Position numbers and translations under genes: made by a program. A stretch of DNA of 61,867 bases, counting the filler, from Platydemus manokwari (lineage: Eukaryota), in assembly GCA_037951405.1 (NCBI GenBank). It is 5 parts of 5 records of this genome, joined end to end, with 100 filler letters (N's around TTAATTAATTAA, not from the genome) between each part and the next. Parts side by side here need not be neighbours in the genome. Positions count along the whole stretch, not along the records: positions 35,507 to 49,560 come from JBBMOY011545856.1; positions 49,661 to 61,867 come from JBBMOY010250005.1; 3 more parts are not named here. The stretch is one strand, 5' to 3'. Positions 40,480-54,100 of the stretch are shown piece by piece. The stretch's first letter is position 1. Each line of letters starts with the position of its first letter. The notes under the pieces were generated by a model that made no database searches, was not told where the DNA came from, and was given only the letters and a program-made list of their open reading frames with translations.

Positions 40480-42900
40480 ATTATAAGAAACTTAAACTAC
40501 GATAGCTATTTTATCCGATTTTCTTTTATGATTTCATCAATTGAAAGGAAGTTTTCTTTGATCAAGGCATTGATATATTTTTATCTGTATATCCAATATG
40601 TTCATATACAAGTTCCTAACTCCTGATATGCTTGAAATATTTTTCCAATCACTTTTCTTATAAAATAACCTTCTATTTGCTTCTAATATTAAAAAGGGTC
40701 TTCGTTAATTTTCAATGAATTGCAATTTGATTTAATTTGATTCGTTTTTCAATTAATCAATTTTTAGCTTTAGTTAATTTGAGTAAACATTGATTACAAA
40801 ATAAAATTATAAATAAAATTTTAAGTAAGTATTGCAAAATAAATTTAATAATTTGTTGAATTATATAAATAATATTGACAGAGACTATGTAGCTTTATAT
40901 TTTCAAAAAGTATTTTTAGAAAGAAATAATGTTGCTATTAATAATAATTTTATAATAAATGTATGGAGACTAATCATAGGTTTAATTAATTTTAATTATT
41001 TACGGATTTATTCTCCAATAGTATTCATTTTATATCCTGGTTTTTAATTTGCTAATCAACAAACGTATTTTTACATCGCTTAATTATTTGACATGAAATT
41101 ATTGTCATTAATTCTGTCACCCTTACTCAGCATCAAAAATCAACATCAAAATTTGTCATAAAATAGATGAATATTAAAATTTATAGCTCAAGAAATCAAA
41201 AGTCAAAAAGTATACCAGATTTTACAATACTGGTTTGAAGTGACAATAATTAATAAATTTGAGACTAAATTGAAATTACTAAATCATGTTATCGGTTTAT
41301 TTATCTATATGCAGTACCTTTAAAACATTTTATCTCGTCCACAAAAAGTTACGAGCGTTTATTTGTAAAATGCGTAATTCAAAGTTCAATAGTTTAACAA
41401 GTCATATCATGAAAAATTACAACAAATTCCTTTCACTTTTTGTATTTCACTATTACCGGATACATATTTGTAAATATTTAGCTCACTAACAGCAATTTGA
41501 TCACTTCTATGATTTGATCCCACTGATATTTAATTCTACATGTTCTTATTCTATAAGAATTTAGCCAGTCCAGGATGTCTTCAAAATTCATTTGAGTGTC
41601 ATTTGTTTTTAATGACTCTTACACAATCTGGTTAGGTACCTATCGATTTCATTTGAGATCATAATCATTCCGTGTTCTAAATAAGCAAAGTATGTTCATG
41701 TTTTTCAAGTCCCATCTTCTATCTACTTTATCCGAGTAATTGTGTAAACAAAGTTTTTATATTCCTAATGTTTTCTTTAACTTTGTTCATCGATTTCATT
41801 CCAATTTTAAATAGATTGCATAATAATTTTTGCTATTGATGGATGTTTATATGAATTCAAATTATACTAAAATATGATGGCTACAAAGATTTTTCTTTCT
41901 GATATTAAATCATAGAAGAGTTACGAAGTTTTAGCGAGTAATTATGGTTGTTATAATTTTTTATATTTACACAATTTTGAGGAATTCATTTTTCAGGTGC
42001 GTGTTCCTGCATTTGTTAGCAATGATAATCAATATTTCTGAATCAAAGGGCTTTATTATTAAAATCATAATTTTGGAAAATCATTTCTTTCCTTCTTCTT
42101 TGAGGATTCTTCGTTGATTTTTGAACTGTTATTTATTCATCCATCAGTCAGCTTTTTATTTGTTTCTATTTCCAAATGTGCCGATGATGAGTATTTAAAA
42201 CATATCTTAGAGTCATGTTCGTTTCACTTTCATTCTCAATGTTGTCGGTTCTTCCAAATTCTGGGCTTTTTGTTTCTTGAATAGCACAGTTCTTTTATGT
42301 GTAATATGCATTTTGGAACCTGTCATTTAACTACAAGACTAAAGCGATATTAATTTCTAATTGGATTGTCCTTTTGCGGCCTGATTTTGAGTACTTATTA
42401 TTTAAAATTGCATGAATGATATAAATTAAAGAATAAAATTTAATTAGCATTTTCTGGATAATTGCATAAAATTGTTATAATAATTTGGATTGCCATAGAT
42501 CAAAGTTATAATAACTCATGACAAACAATCTGTCCTGTAGTTCATTAGCTTTGTAATGAGACCACAGAATACCAAACCATCACAGTAAAAAGTCCTTTAT
42601 AAGCACTTCGATTGAGTTTCTTCAATCTTTTCCATGTAAATTTGTATTGGAAATATTGCACAAGCTACTAGAAAAGTGATCACAATATGTGATTAGCTCA
42701 CTGAGCTTGATTATCATTGGTTGATCAATTTGTCATTTCTCTAGGCTTTTCTGCTTTCAAATCACAACATACCCATTTGCCCTGGTGAAGTTTTTCATTT
42801 TGCTTGGTGTGCATGATTTATTTTGTGTACTTTTTCATGAGTGTTTGTATTATGTATATAGAACATGAACCTAATTTCGACATTTCTTTAGGTAGATTTT
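40480..42900 (-). mobile_element. Patchwork of degenerate LTR-retrotransposon gag/integrase debris
   Basis: VPNQIV*ESL.. RHPGLAKF (integrase zinc-finger region, ~41570-41640), YEHIGYTDK..IKENF (~40550-40610), and a CSIHNTNTH-like knuckle (~42840-42870). Fragmentary. Confidence 0.4.
40671..40765 (+). repeat. Dispersed repeat shared with 50731-50826
   Basis: ATTTGCTTCTAAT.TTAAAAAGGG.C.TCG.TAATTTTCAAT.AATTGCA.TTTGA...TCGTTTTTCAA is present at both sites. Confidence 0.75.
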
Positions 42901-43609
42901 TATTTTTGGAACAATCTCTAGGTGCATCAGTCAATTTCAATATTATTGTTCTTATTATAAATGGTCTTCGTGAAAACTTTAGTTAATGAGTTAACCAAAT
43001 ATAATGAATAAATTCACAGGTAAAGAAGTGATCATGTAATTTTCAATCATTAAATTTATTATAATTAACAGTTTACTTTTAATGGTATTTATATCTTCAA
43101 ATACTGATACAAATAATAGTTTATAATTCCCGAATTTTTCCAAACAATTCCTCAAAATTTATTGAACTGAAATATTCACAAATTGTGACGATTTATTCTC
43201 GATTTAAAATCGAAGTTGCTCGGATTCTAACAATAGTGATTACTCAAGTGGCTAAATATCCGGATAAATGTTTTCATAGTCTTAACTCCACAACATCGTA
43301 TTGATATTTGAATTTTTTATGTGCTTAATTTTGATTGAATTTTTTAAAAATTTTTGTTTGTTAAGCAGATTTAGGTTCAATATCTAGACTTCCATAGTCT
43401 AATTTGGTGTTTAAGCTTTTATTGTTTTTAGTTTAAAAACAATTTACCTTTAAATTAAAACAAAAGAAGCATTTTCAAAAATATTTTTTTCCGACAAATT
43501 ATGAAATTAAATACAGATACAACTATAAAAATACATTCATACTACACCAACAGATCTGAAACAATAAAACATCAATTTACATTAAAAGAAACCACTAATG
43601 GTTCACATT

Positions 43610-46600
43610 CTACACTTTATCAGTGTCAGACGTACTATCTGGTATATCTTTTGATTCATTTTCGGTGCTTTGGGATTGTCGATCCAATTTCGAATGAATA
43701 TGTAAATCTATAGAAGTGTCATCGTAGCTTTTTTCTGATTCGTTAACGTTTTCATCTATTGTTTGATCGCTGTTTTTAATAAGATTTTCTGATTTGGTTA
43801 AAATTGGATTCATTTTATTTGTGTAAACATTTTTTCGATTTACAGACACATATTCAGAATCGATGTCACTCTTTTGACAATCATTCTCATCAATTAGAAT
43901 CGACTTCTTCATAATTTCGACTCCTTGGGAATTCATTGTATATTGTGATGGTAAAGGCTGGTTTTGAAATGTTTCCGCAAAACTTTCCAATGGTGTACCT
44001 GATCGACTTCCATTTTCAATAATGTATTGATTGATCATTGGATGCGATTGGACTGATAGTGGACTTGATGCAAATCTCGGAAATGCAAAAGACGCTGGAT
44101 GGTTGGAGTTTGGAGGTTGTGGCATAGGTGGAGCAAAAGGTATTCCTAACAAAGCACCTCCAGGAAAGTATTGCCTGTATTGGTATTGCGGAATCGGTTG
44201 ACGATAAATTCCTTGTTGTTGTGAGTAGTGATGCAATTGAGCGGATGGGTATTGTGCTAGATGTTGTTGATAAAGATGGTGTATATGGTTTAAATGATGA
44301 TGAGTAGCCAAAGGCGGAGGTTGACTTAAACCTTGTGTATTTAATATATTAGTATTAATATTTATTTGATCACCATCGTCATAACAACCACTAGTATTTT
44401 GCTCACCATTATGCATCATCATTTCAGACATCGATTCTGCCATGCTTTGACTAGCCTGTTGTAGCTCGGCTTGCATATTTTCACATGAATCATCTGGTAT
44501 GGCTTTTTCTAAATCTTTAATATTGATATTAACAAGTTATTAAAATATATCCAAATTCACCTTCTTCAACATTAGTTTCCTCACCGTGAAGAGCCTTGCT
44601 AAAAGAATGTGCATTGTTTTCTGCATCCATTGAGAGACTGCGACATTTCATGTGATTGTTAGAAACACCGTTTTGAGGAGTAGTGACCATTACCCCAGTA
44701 GATGATGGTGAATTAGTTTGGGACATGGATTCCATCGCTATACTGTGGGGATTTTCATCCTGCCATTTATCTACGGATCTTCGACGAGCATTCATGAAGA
44801 AATTGGCTACTGTAGACACTGCTAAACCTAGTTGTTGGGCTATAGTAGCCTATTAATATAATAAATACCTTATTAAAATTCACGAGTCCATATTGACATT
44901 ATTAGGAATATATTATTTAATTATATCTTATAAAAATATTGCTAAAATTGAAATTATTTATTATATTATTAATAAATATTTTCGAATTATATTTTGATGG
45001 ACATATATCAAATGAAAATGAAAAGTGTAAAATACATTACTTGCATAGCTTTACTAGGCCTTTTAGTTTCTTGAAATATTGCCATTAATGTACGTCGTTG
45101 AATTTCTGTGAATACTAAGCGTTGCTTTTTTACTGGTTTTATATCCTGGGGCTTGCTTTGCTCATCTTCCTTTCTCTTATTAACGGATATTTCTAATACA
45201 GATATAATATAATATGATACATTAACTATATATAATTTAAAAATTCTGAATAACATTCGATTTAAAAAACAGTCCTTGAAAACAATTTCTATTTATCTAT
45301 AACAAATATTATTTATTCGAAATACTAATTATCTAAAATTATAAGAAAAAATTTCTCCAATGATAACCATATATAAAAAGATGAACCCCTATTGAGCTAA
45401 TAATAGTCATGAATGCTTTTTTGCTCTATCTTGAAAACGATTTTCAAATTTTCATATCAACATTTTCTAAAATAGATTCTCTGGTTTTATTAATATTTTC
45501 AATCGCGATTCGTTCAAATAATTTTTGTACGAAACTGTATTTACTTCATGAGAAATAGTGTCTGATCATGAATGTATTTTAGAATCATCTATATTTTTAT
45601 TGCCATTTTCGGAAAATTATTAGAAAAACTCACAAAATAATGAAATTAACTTATTCTTAACTGATGAATACTATTCTTAAATCTAAGTTATTTGATGACC
45701 GATTTATCAACTATTTATCAATAAAAAATATTTAATTATCTTTAGACTCATGAGATTTAGGTATTGTTTGCTTATTAGAATGAGACACTATTTAGCTCTG
45801 ATTTTAGACTTCATATGAATAAATCTTTAAACAACGTGTATCACAGCTAACGCCTCATGAATAATTCATTATATAAAGTTTTCCAAATTCAAATTTTATT
45901 TTCAAAACGAGCATCGTTTTCAAAGAATCTCTCTGCACAACTCTTCATCAAAACAAACGAAGCAGTCTCAAATTCTATATCCAAAGTTTTTCTAAAGTTT
46001 TAGGATGACTTGGATAAACTAATTTTTTTACATGTTCCTTTCGAGAATTTTAAAATGAATTAAAATTATTATCAATTTTATTTGTTTAAATAATTTGTTT
46101 AAGTATGCTTTATGTTTTGACTTTCATTTCATTTTCAATGCACGCTTTATAAAATAGTAGATGCTTACAAACCCAAAGAAAGAAGTCATATCGAGAACGA
46201 CTACAAAAGATTTCTTTGATGACCAATAAAAGGAAGTTTATGAACTTGAGCATAATCCGTAATTATACAACATCTGGAAGCACGTTTTGAAGCACTAAGC
46301 AATAATTTTTCCAGTTGAAAGTTGACCTGAAGAAAAAGGACACAATAACTCCCTGTAACGATATGATAGCTCATTGACTCCTACATTTCATATCAAGATG
46401 ATTATGGTTATTAGGGTTAATATAATTTATTGCGATTTCGTTTATAAATATCCAATGAATACCTGCTGATTTTGCTTAAGGAGTTCGCTGTATGATACTC
46501 TAAATATTTAAACAAAAATTGGTAAAAAAAAAACTCAATCCATATCTATTCTGTAACGAACATTTCGATCGATACAATATTAAATAAATGTTCAACTCTG

Positions 46601-48261
46601 ATTTCATCAGAAATTATAAGAAAAAATTATCTTAACATAAATATATCCTCAAATTTTATTTTCCAAATTTAAATTAAAATTTTCTACTCGAAACATGTTG
46701 GCAAATTTCGTGATTTTTAAAATCCTGATAACTGTGCCACTAAATCTTAAATGACAAACTTAATATTATTCTCCAATATCGTCAGAATGCATATCCGTAA
46801 TTATACTCTCCAATAGAAATTATTAATATTATAGATTAAATTTTTATGATATTGGGAATTTTTACTATAAATTTCTAAGAATTTTATGCTGATGTTCCTA
46901 TAACCAAGTGTTGAATGACAATAAAATTGAATAAAATGTCCTTGGATTTAATATGGTGGATGCAAGGTCTCGTTCTATACAAATGAGGATAACAATAATA
47001 AGACTGCTTTATAGCTTTATAGTATGAAGTTAACTTTTATCACACTTCTTTAGGAGAAAATATTTGTATACAATTACCAGCTAAACGCAATGCTGACATT
47101 CTTTGAAATTCTGGTTCTTGTAACCACTTCCACATTCTTCTAAAGGTTTCTCGACCGGATTTCAACTTCGACCATGGCTTTGGATTTCTCAATAAATCAG
47201 ATAAGGTTCCTTGACTGCGACTAAGAATTCGTTGAGCAAATATCGCCTGCGGAATGCTGTAACGTTTCAATTCCGAACTGATTCGTTGGGACAATTCACG
47301 AGTGTTGATCTCATCGATCTGCATATCGAGAGATTGATGTGATGGGTTGTATTGCATACCAGAATGATGCATCATCCCATGAACATTGAATGGGTGTGTA
47401 AGATGGGGGTGGTGTAATTCAGGTGGACCTATACCCGGTAGCCCCTGGATACCTATTTTGTAAAAAATTAAATTATTATCATTGAATAATATTCTTAAAA
47501 AAACCCGGTATTAGAGTTTTTAAGTCCGGTTTGATGTCACTCTCGGCTCCATTAACATTCGTTGAATAAATATATCCCTGGCCAGCCATATTTAAATTGG
47601 AGCTTTGCATGCTACGAAATTGCGATGGTAAATAACCTGGCATTCCGTAAGCGCTTTGAGTAGTATTGTTACCCATAGTTGCCATATTATAAATATTTTG
47701 TTGATTCATATAATAATTTTGGGCCGCAGCCATTTGCAATTCGGCATCGGAATAAAAATAACCCGTCGCCCCAAATGAATTCGTCAAATAATTACAATTC
47801 GGTGGCAACGGAAGACCACCGATTGTTCCACCATTGAACATTTGTGCGTTCGGATCAATTATTATTTCCTCAGAATTAACGGCTCCATTTATCATATTAG
47901 CACCAGCATAATTGTAAGCATTTTCACAACCAGCATTGGCATATGATGCAGCCGGATAATCGTTGATTGCTCCGCCACTAGAAGCAGACATTTCCATATT
48001 CAATTTATCCTGAACATTACACGATTCTACGAGCTCATCTTCATCAACTTCTCGAATACTTCTCTGTTCCGAACAGATGGATTTTTCCGTTTCGCCATCA
48101 TCATCATCATCTTCAATTTCCCGAGAAAAGTTTTCATCATATTCATATTTAATTGATGTGTTACTCATATTGGAGAGATTCATGATTTCGGATTGTGAAT
48201 ACGTTTCTTTAGGTTTCATTGTCGAATTTTCATTGATGCTTTCATTTGACGATGTCATCAT
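43610..48261 (-). CDS. onecut: Onecut/HNF-6 CUT-homeodomain transcription factor, ~823 aa; exons 48261-47505, 47452-47078, 45192-45041, 44849-44561, 44508 (or 44514)-43610
   Basis: CUT domain EINTRELSQRISSELKRYSIPQAIFAQRILSRSQGTLSDLLRNPKPWSKLKSGRETFRRMWKWLQEPEFQRMSALRLA. Homeodomain KKQRLVFTEIQRRTL...STVANFFMNARRR with the diagnostic F48/M50. All introns GT-AG and phase-consistent; probable 46-nt 5'UTR intron at 48271-48316. Confidence 0.95.
46140..46360 (+). mobile_element. CR1/L2-like non-LTR retrotransposon 3' remnant in an onecut intron
   Basis: SYRERLQKISLMTNKRKFMNL resembles the LSYEERL..L.L..L..RR motif of CR1/L2 ORF2; a decayed NNFSS*KLT* motif follows. Confidence 0.45.
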
Positions 48262-48993
48262 TTAATGAAACTGAAACAAATATAAATTTCTTGTATATAA
48301 AAATCGAAAAACTCACAATTTTACGATAATTATTGTAATAAAATTGATAAGGAATAAATTTCAATATTATACAATAAATAGCTTCAATAATAAAATTGGG
48401 AAGTTAAATTATTTTTTATTGATTTATTTGAAATTTTAAAATTAATTTGATTTGAAATCTTTCAAATTATCAATTCATTGATTGTCATATATCGTTTTAA
48501 TTTTGTCAACTCTCTCCACATGGCCTTGACTACAGAATTCAAATGTAGTTGCTGCCCGAAATATCAAATCTTACATTTAATATGGAGAATTATTGTTATC
48601 GTATTGGTTAAGCTATTTTATTAAAGTAATTAGCGTTTTTCATACTAGAAAATAATATTTGATAATTAGTGGTTATATTATTGAAATAAAACTACAATTA
48701 ATTATTTCGTTTAAATTGAAAATCTTTTCATTGATTTGAATTAATTGTTTTTTCTTTTATCCATTTTTATTATTGGTACTTCATATGACATGATCGTATT
48801 ATTAACATAGTTATTTTTATTGCAATATGTTATCAACCCTATATAACTCCACACTCTTATGTGTATGGATTTATAAGATTTAAAGGATAATAGTTTGTTT
48901 TTAAAAAATTAAATGACGGTATTCCAACATTTCCGTACTATTCAAAATCCTTATTTGAAGTTATTAAATTATTCAGGATAAATCAGTAGAAAA

Positions 48994-49385
48994 TTATAGT
49001 TTTACCGCCATTTATCTTGAAATTAATCTGATAAAAACAATTAAAAGTAACAAAATTACTAATATTGAAAAATAATTTCCTTTATTTTCCAAAATATTTT
49101 GAAAATTAATAATGATATTTATCTTATTAATTTTATTTGAAATTACAAAGAAAAATGTATTTAAAATTGGTTCGGCCAAACGTTATGAATGTTTTCAATT
49201 GTGTATTTCATTGATCGTTAACTAGAACAAGCTTGAATGAATTATTCTCAAGCGGAATTTAATATTTTCAGGTTATAATTTTAAGGATCATTTTAAAATT
49301 GTGTTTTTATTAGAATTGTTTTTATCAGTTTAATTTCAAGATGAATTATGATAAATTTAATTTCCCGATGGATGTAAAACTATAA
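48994..49385. repeat. Inverted repeat (MITE-like) upstream of onecut
   Basis: 49010-49042 ATTTATCTTGAAATTAATCTGATAAAAACAATT pairs with 49314-49346 (2 mismatches); outer arms TTATAGTTTTAC / GTAAAACTATAA. Confidence 0.6.
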
Positions 49386-49560
49386 AAGCAGCTCTATAAT
49401 ATATTTAAAAAGATAATTATAAATAAAGATTGGTTGCAAATAATAAATACATTATGGATTCAAACCTGAATAATAAAAATTTATAATATTAGGTGTATAA
49501 CCTTAAAATTTCGGTTTTTTTTGAAAAATATTTATTTATTTAAAGTACATTTTGCATAGT

Positions 49561-49660
49561 NNNNNNNNNNNNNNNNNNNNNNNNNNNNNNNNNNNNNNNN
49601 NNNNTTAATTAATTAANNNNNNNNNNNNNNNNNNNNNNNNNNNNNNNNNNNNNNNNNNNN
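49561..49660. other. Assembly spacer N44-TTAATTAATTAA-N44
   Basis: Same six-frame-stop linker. Confidence 0.98.
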
Positions 49661-51173
49661 ATCTCACTTGTAAGGTATTATCGCTGTGGTATAATATAAA
49701 TTATTAAAACATTTTACAGAAATATATAAACGAAAAACAATAGTAAAATATAATACCAATAAAATAGAGAAAAAAGAGATATTTTCTCTTTTTTCTACCA
49801 TATTTGATCCAAAAAAATGTAGTCAAATTCAAGGTAAATTAAAATGATAATAATGGCAAACTCGGAAGAACTTCCTTTAAACAATTTGTTAGATAATTTA
49901 TTTGAATATAGTTACAGAAACTTTTAATAAATCCAGCGAAATAACCATTCTCTAGAATGGTTTTCTTCTTTTATATGGTCTATATTAATAAGGATAATAA
50001 TTCATTTTTTCATTCATTAAAACATTAACTCTAAAATTTTATAACTGTTTCTTTCCTATTTTTAACAATTCTTTTAGATATATTATGGTTTCAGTTAAAT
50101 AATTTTGATGTTAAAGATAAAAAAAAATTTAATAAATGAGAAAATAATCAAACGAGCGAATCTATCATTTTATGTACACTTACACCCACGCACATCAAAA
50201 TAAATTCGTTAGAAATATCCAATATTTCAACAATCCAAATACCATGTTTTCGACGTCTGCTATTATCTTTGGCTCCTCCAAAATAGACCTCGTCAATTTC
50301 CAAAACGATATTTCGGCCTCAAATTATTTTTCTATGCCAAGTTATTTCTTCATAAGTGTGGAATCTACAAATTTTGTACATTAATAAATACTTTTAATTG
50401 TTTAGTTTTATTTTACTAAAAATTGGCATTATTTGTTGATTGTTGGTTTGTTTATGGAGGTCATTTTGCTAATACACTTTTTTTGTGAGTCCCCTGCACT
50501 ACATATACCTTATTCAAAATGTTGAAAAGGGACAAAGACGAATTATTCAACAAAGTCCCTATTCGAATTCCTAAACTTCTTATATATTTGTGGTATCTCC
50601 ACTTATACGATTTATTTGATTTAGGTGAAATCTTCATTTCATTACAGCATCAACAGGTTTAGGGTTTTTGCATTCAAACTATCATATAGAAATTAATATG
50701 TTTATTTGAGATAAAATATCTTAGATATCGTTCAATTTGCTTCTAATGTTAAAAAGGGGCCTCGCTAATTTTCAATTAATTGCATTTTGACTTACTTTGA
50801 CTCGTTTTTCAAATTATTACTTTTTAACAAATTTTAAAACACTTGTGTACATAATATTTCATTATAAACAAGTAGAATTGTTCTTAAGTACCTAAATAAT
50901 AAATTCAAAATGTTTTTAAAGAATTTGATTAAATAAATTATATAGATTTTTGCAATACACTTCACAAATTTAGAATTTTATTTTAGGACCCTTTTAACTT
51001 TGGCTAAAAATATCCAATTCATATTTTATTAAAAATCATAAATGGAGTGCACAACATTAGAAATGTGATGTTATTACAGAAATTATGCAAATTTAGAAAT
51101 AATTGTAATTATTTTTAAATTAATTTGTTTATATCGATATTTTATTTTGTTTTATGGATATTTTCATTCTTAG

Positions 51174-54100
51174 TTCTCGTGTGTTGAAAATTGTCCGCCA
51201 AATTTCAAACAAGTAAAATCCGGTGATAATCATAATGAAACGAGATGTGAATATGTTCTTTTGACTCAACTCGAATTCATCTTAGTCATTTTAGCCATGA
51301 TATTTTTTCTTTTTCTTTTGATTTTCATAATTATCATTACCAAATTCTTCCATATTAAAAAATTGAAACGGCAAAAAGAAAAATTAAATGCCTACTTTTC
51401 CAATGCGAATGAAAGTGATAGTCATCATATCGATGTGGTAATTTTGTTCATTATATTGATTATAATTTATAATTAACTAAATTTAGATTTTTCTAAATCT
51501 ATTTCATTGCTCCTTTTAATTGTAATTCATAAAATATTTTATGAATTTATACACATGATTTTGGTTTTATATACAATTCTGTAACCATTTGATAAAAATC
51601 ATTATGTCAAATTTTAAGACTTTATAAATTATATTTAATATTTGACAGAACAAAGCTTTTAAAAAGTAAATCTCAATTTTTGATTTACAAAATTTGTTTA
51701 AATACGTGAGCAGGTTTATATTCGACAAAAATTCAACAAATTTGTTTATCATGCTCGTCAATGAGTAATTCTAGTACTTCTCAAAATGTAAATGATGTAG
51801 CTACCGTGAACACGATTTTTTTTTAAATTTTAACTCCTATATTAATAAAATTAACATCCAAAAAAGGAAATATTATAATTAGTAATTTCCAAACATAATT
51901 TCTGATTATTGTTATTAATCGAATTTATAATATCATATAAGCTTATATGGTCCCTGTTAGTTGTCAAAATTTCTTCATTTTTAATATTCAAATCAAAATT
52001 CATCTTTTCAACAGAACAAAAAATCTATTCGTCAATACTTCAATTTTCAAACAAATTTTAAATATTTTAGAATTTATTTCCGCCTGATTTGTCTTCATTT
52101 TTAATTTTAAATAAAATGCTACATTTTTATATTACATCTTAATTTTTTATTTAAAAGATTTAAATTTTACTTTTAGTAATTTTGCTAATTTTAAAATTGA
52201 GAGTTTAACGGTAATTTTTTAAACAAGGTCCTTATATAAATATGAATATAGTATTTTTATTTTTAATATATATCTTTTAAGTCGAATTTTTATAATTTTA
52301 ATCTGATGTAAATGTTAATGATTTATCGTGTTTTTAAATAAACCTCACAGTCCCAACAAATGTCAACTGTTAGGAGTGGTTATTTAATTAAACTGCGTTT
52401 TTGGAAAAGATATTAAAAAGAAAATCTGTCAATTCTAATAACATTATCCAAATATATTATCGTTATAATGAATTTTATTCAAATATCTTTAACTTTGACA
52501 ATTGAATCAGAAATCCATTCCTCCGAATATGAATCAGTTACTTGTGATTTCTAGTGATGACTTAGAATTTTGGATGGGTGGTGAAATTTTGGGAAAAGGA
52601 ACATTTGGTTCGGTTTATGCTGGGAAATGGAAGCCTGATTCTTATTATTTTGATGACAGTAGCAGCATGAACTCGTGTAAAGATAAAAAAGTTGATGTAG
52701 TGATTAAAGTTCTCAATGGTTCTTGTGATCAAAATGAATTCATGGAAGAAGTCCGAGTAAGCATATATTTAATAATAAATTAAAGTTTTTAATGATAATC
52801 TAAAATTTATGATAAAGTTTACCCAATCAAATAATGCATCGTTATAATGTACTTGTGGAGTGATTTTAAAATGATTGAAATCAGTTTGGACAGTATCAAC
52901 ACAAAATGATCAAAATGAATATTTTATAACATTCTGATATCACGATTGGTCAATAAATTTAATGAAGAAATTCGAAAAATATTATTTTTAAGACCAGTGC
53001 GAGTTCTAGAATATTTACTAGCCGTGATTAAGAACCATTATTGTTTGTTATATAATATGGTATTACTTTTACCAGACCAAGAAAGTAAATTTAAAGAAAT
53101 TTTTAAACCATATCTAATATATATTGAATTCAAAAATCTTCCACTGAATATATTTAAAGAAAAACTAAAAGAGTTTAAAATTAATTTGTCAAGGAAGTTC
53201 AATAAACATCGTTTTTTCATTCTAATAGCTTCGCCTAAAATAAATCATTTCATAAAAACATGCAAACCGTTATCATATGGTCAATTCACTTATGTTGACG
53301 TTAGCCAATATTATTATTATGAACGAGAAGTTTTCACTCCTATTCAAAATCCAATGAAGAGATTATTTAGAACATTAAAATATGCTTTCCTTCCTTGAGT
53401 ACCAGTTTAATTTTATAATTTTTCGTTGAAATAAGCTCTTATATTGATCCAAAAATTTGGTTGTAAATCAATGTTATAACTTCAATGATCATTAATAAAA
53501 ATGGCTTGCTTATACTTTTATAATAATATTCCATTGATTATTGATATTTTATGTGCAAATATTTCTGGCATAGCATATATTTTAAAATATATCATTAAAA
53601 TTTTGTGCTTGCGTTTTTCATATGAAAGATAATTTATAAAAACGCTCTAATTTCAACCTTATTAGTATTGTGATGAGATATTATGAAAGCAAACTAATGA
53701 AAGATTTTGATCTTGAAATAGATGTTTTGTCCAAAAAGCATAGCGAAAACCCATTGAAGATAGAGAAATTGTATTGTCGTTTATTCGTTTTTGTTTAACT
53801 TTGAAAATGTTTTATTTGACTTTTATATTTATGGCTTTCTCTCTCTCACACACTATATATAATACAAAATGAATTTAAACTTGTTCATGGTCTTCCATTT
53901 GTCATTACTTAAATGATTAAAATTATCCTTAACTGAATATTCAAACAAAGATACAATAACTATTTAATAATTTTATTACGTGGTAGTCTCCGTAACTACT
54001 AATAGCAGTACCATATTAATGTGCACTATTTTATTTATCTAGTGTGATTATCGTGTATTGTTAGTCGGATTATGTTATAAGATTATTTTTATTTTTGAAT

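Noticed and set aside
51040-51104. Possible extra EGFR Cys-rich exon (MECTTLEM*CYYRNYANLEII|gt)
   Set aside because: In-frame TGA and no clean acceptor or phase solution; cannot be supported without reads.
11381-53410. Genome-wide TGA=Trp recoding, suggested by TGA codons in several decayed frames
   Set aside because: Intact genes here use TGG for Trp and TGA as a stop (InaF, EGFR, tropomyosin exon); mutational decay is the simpler explanation.
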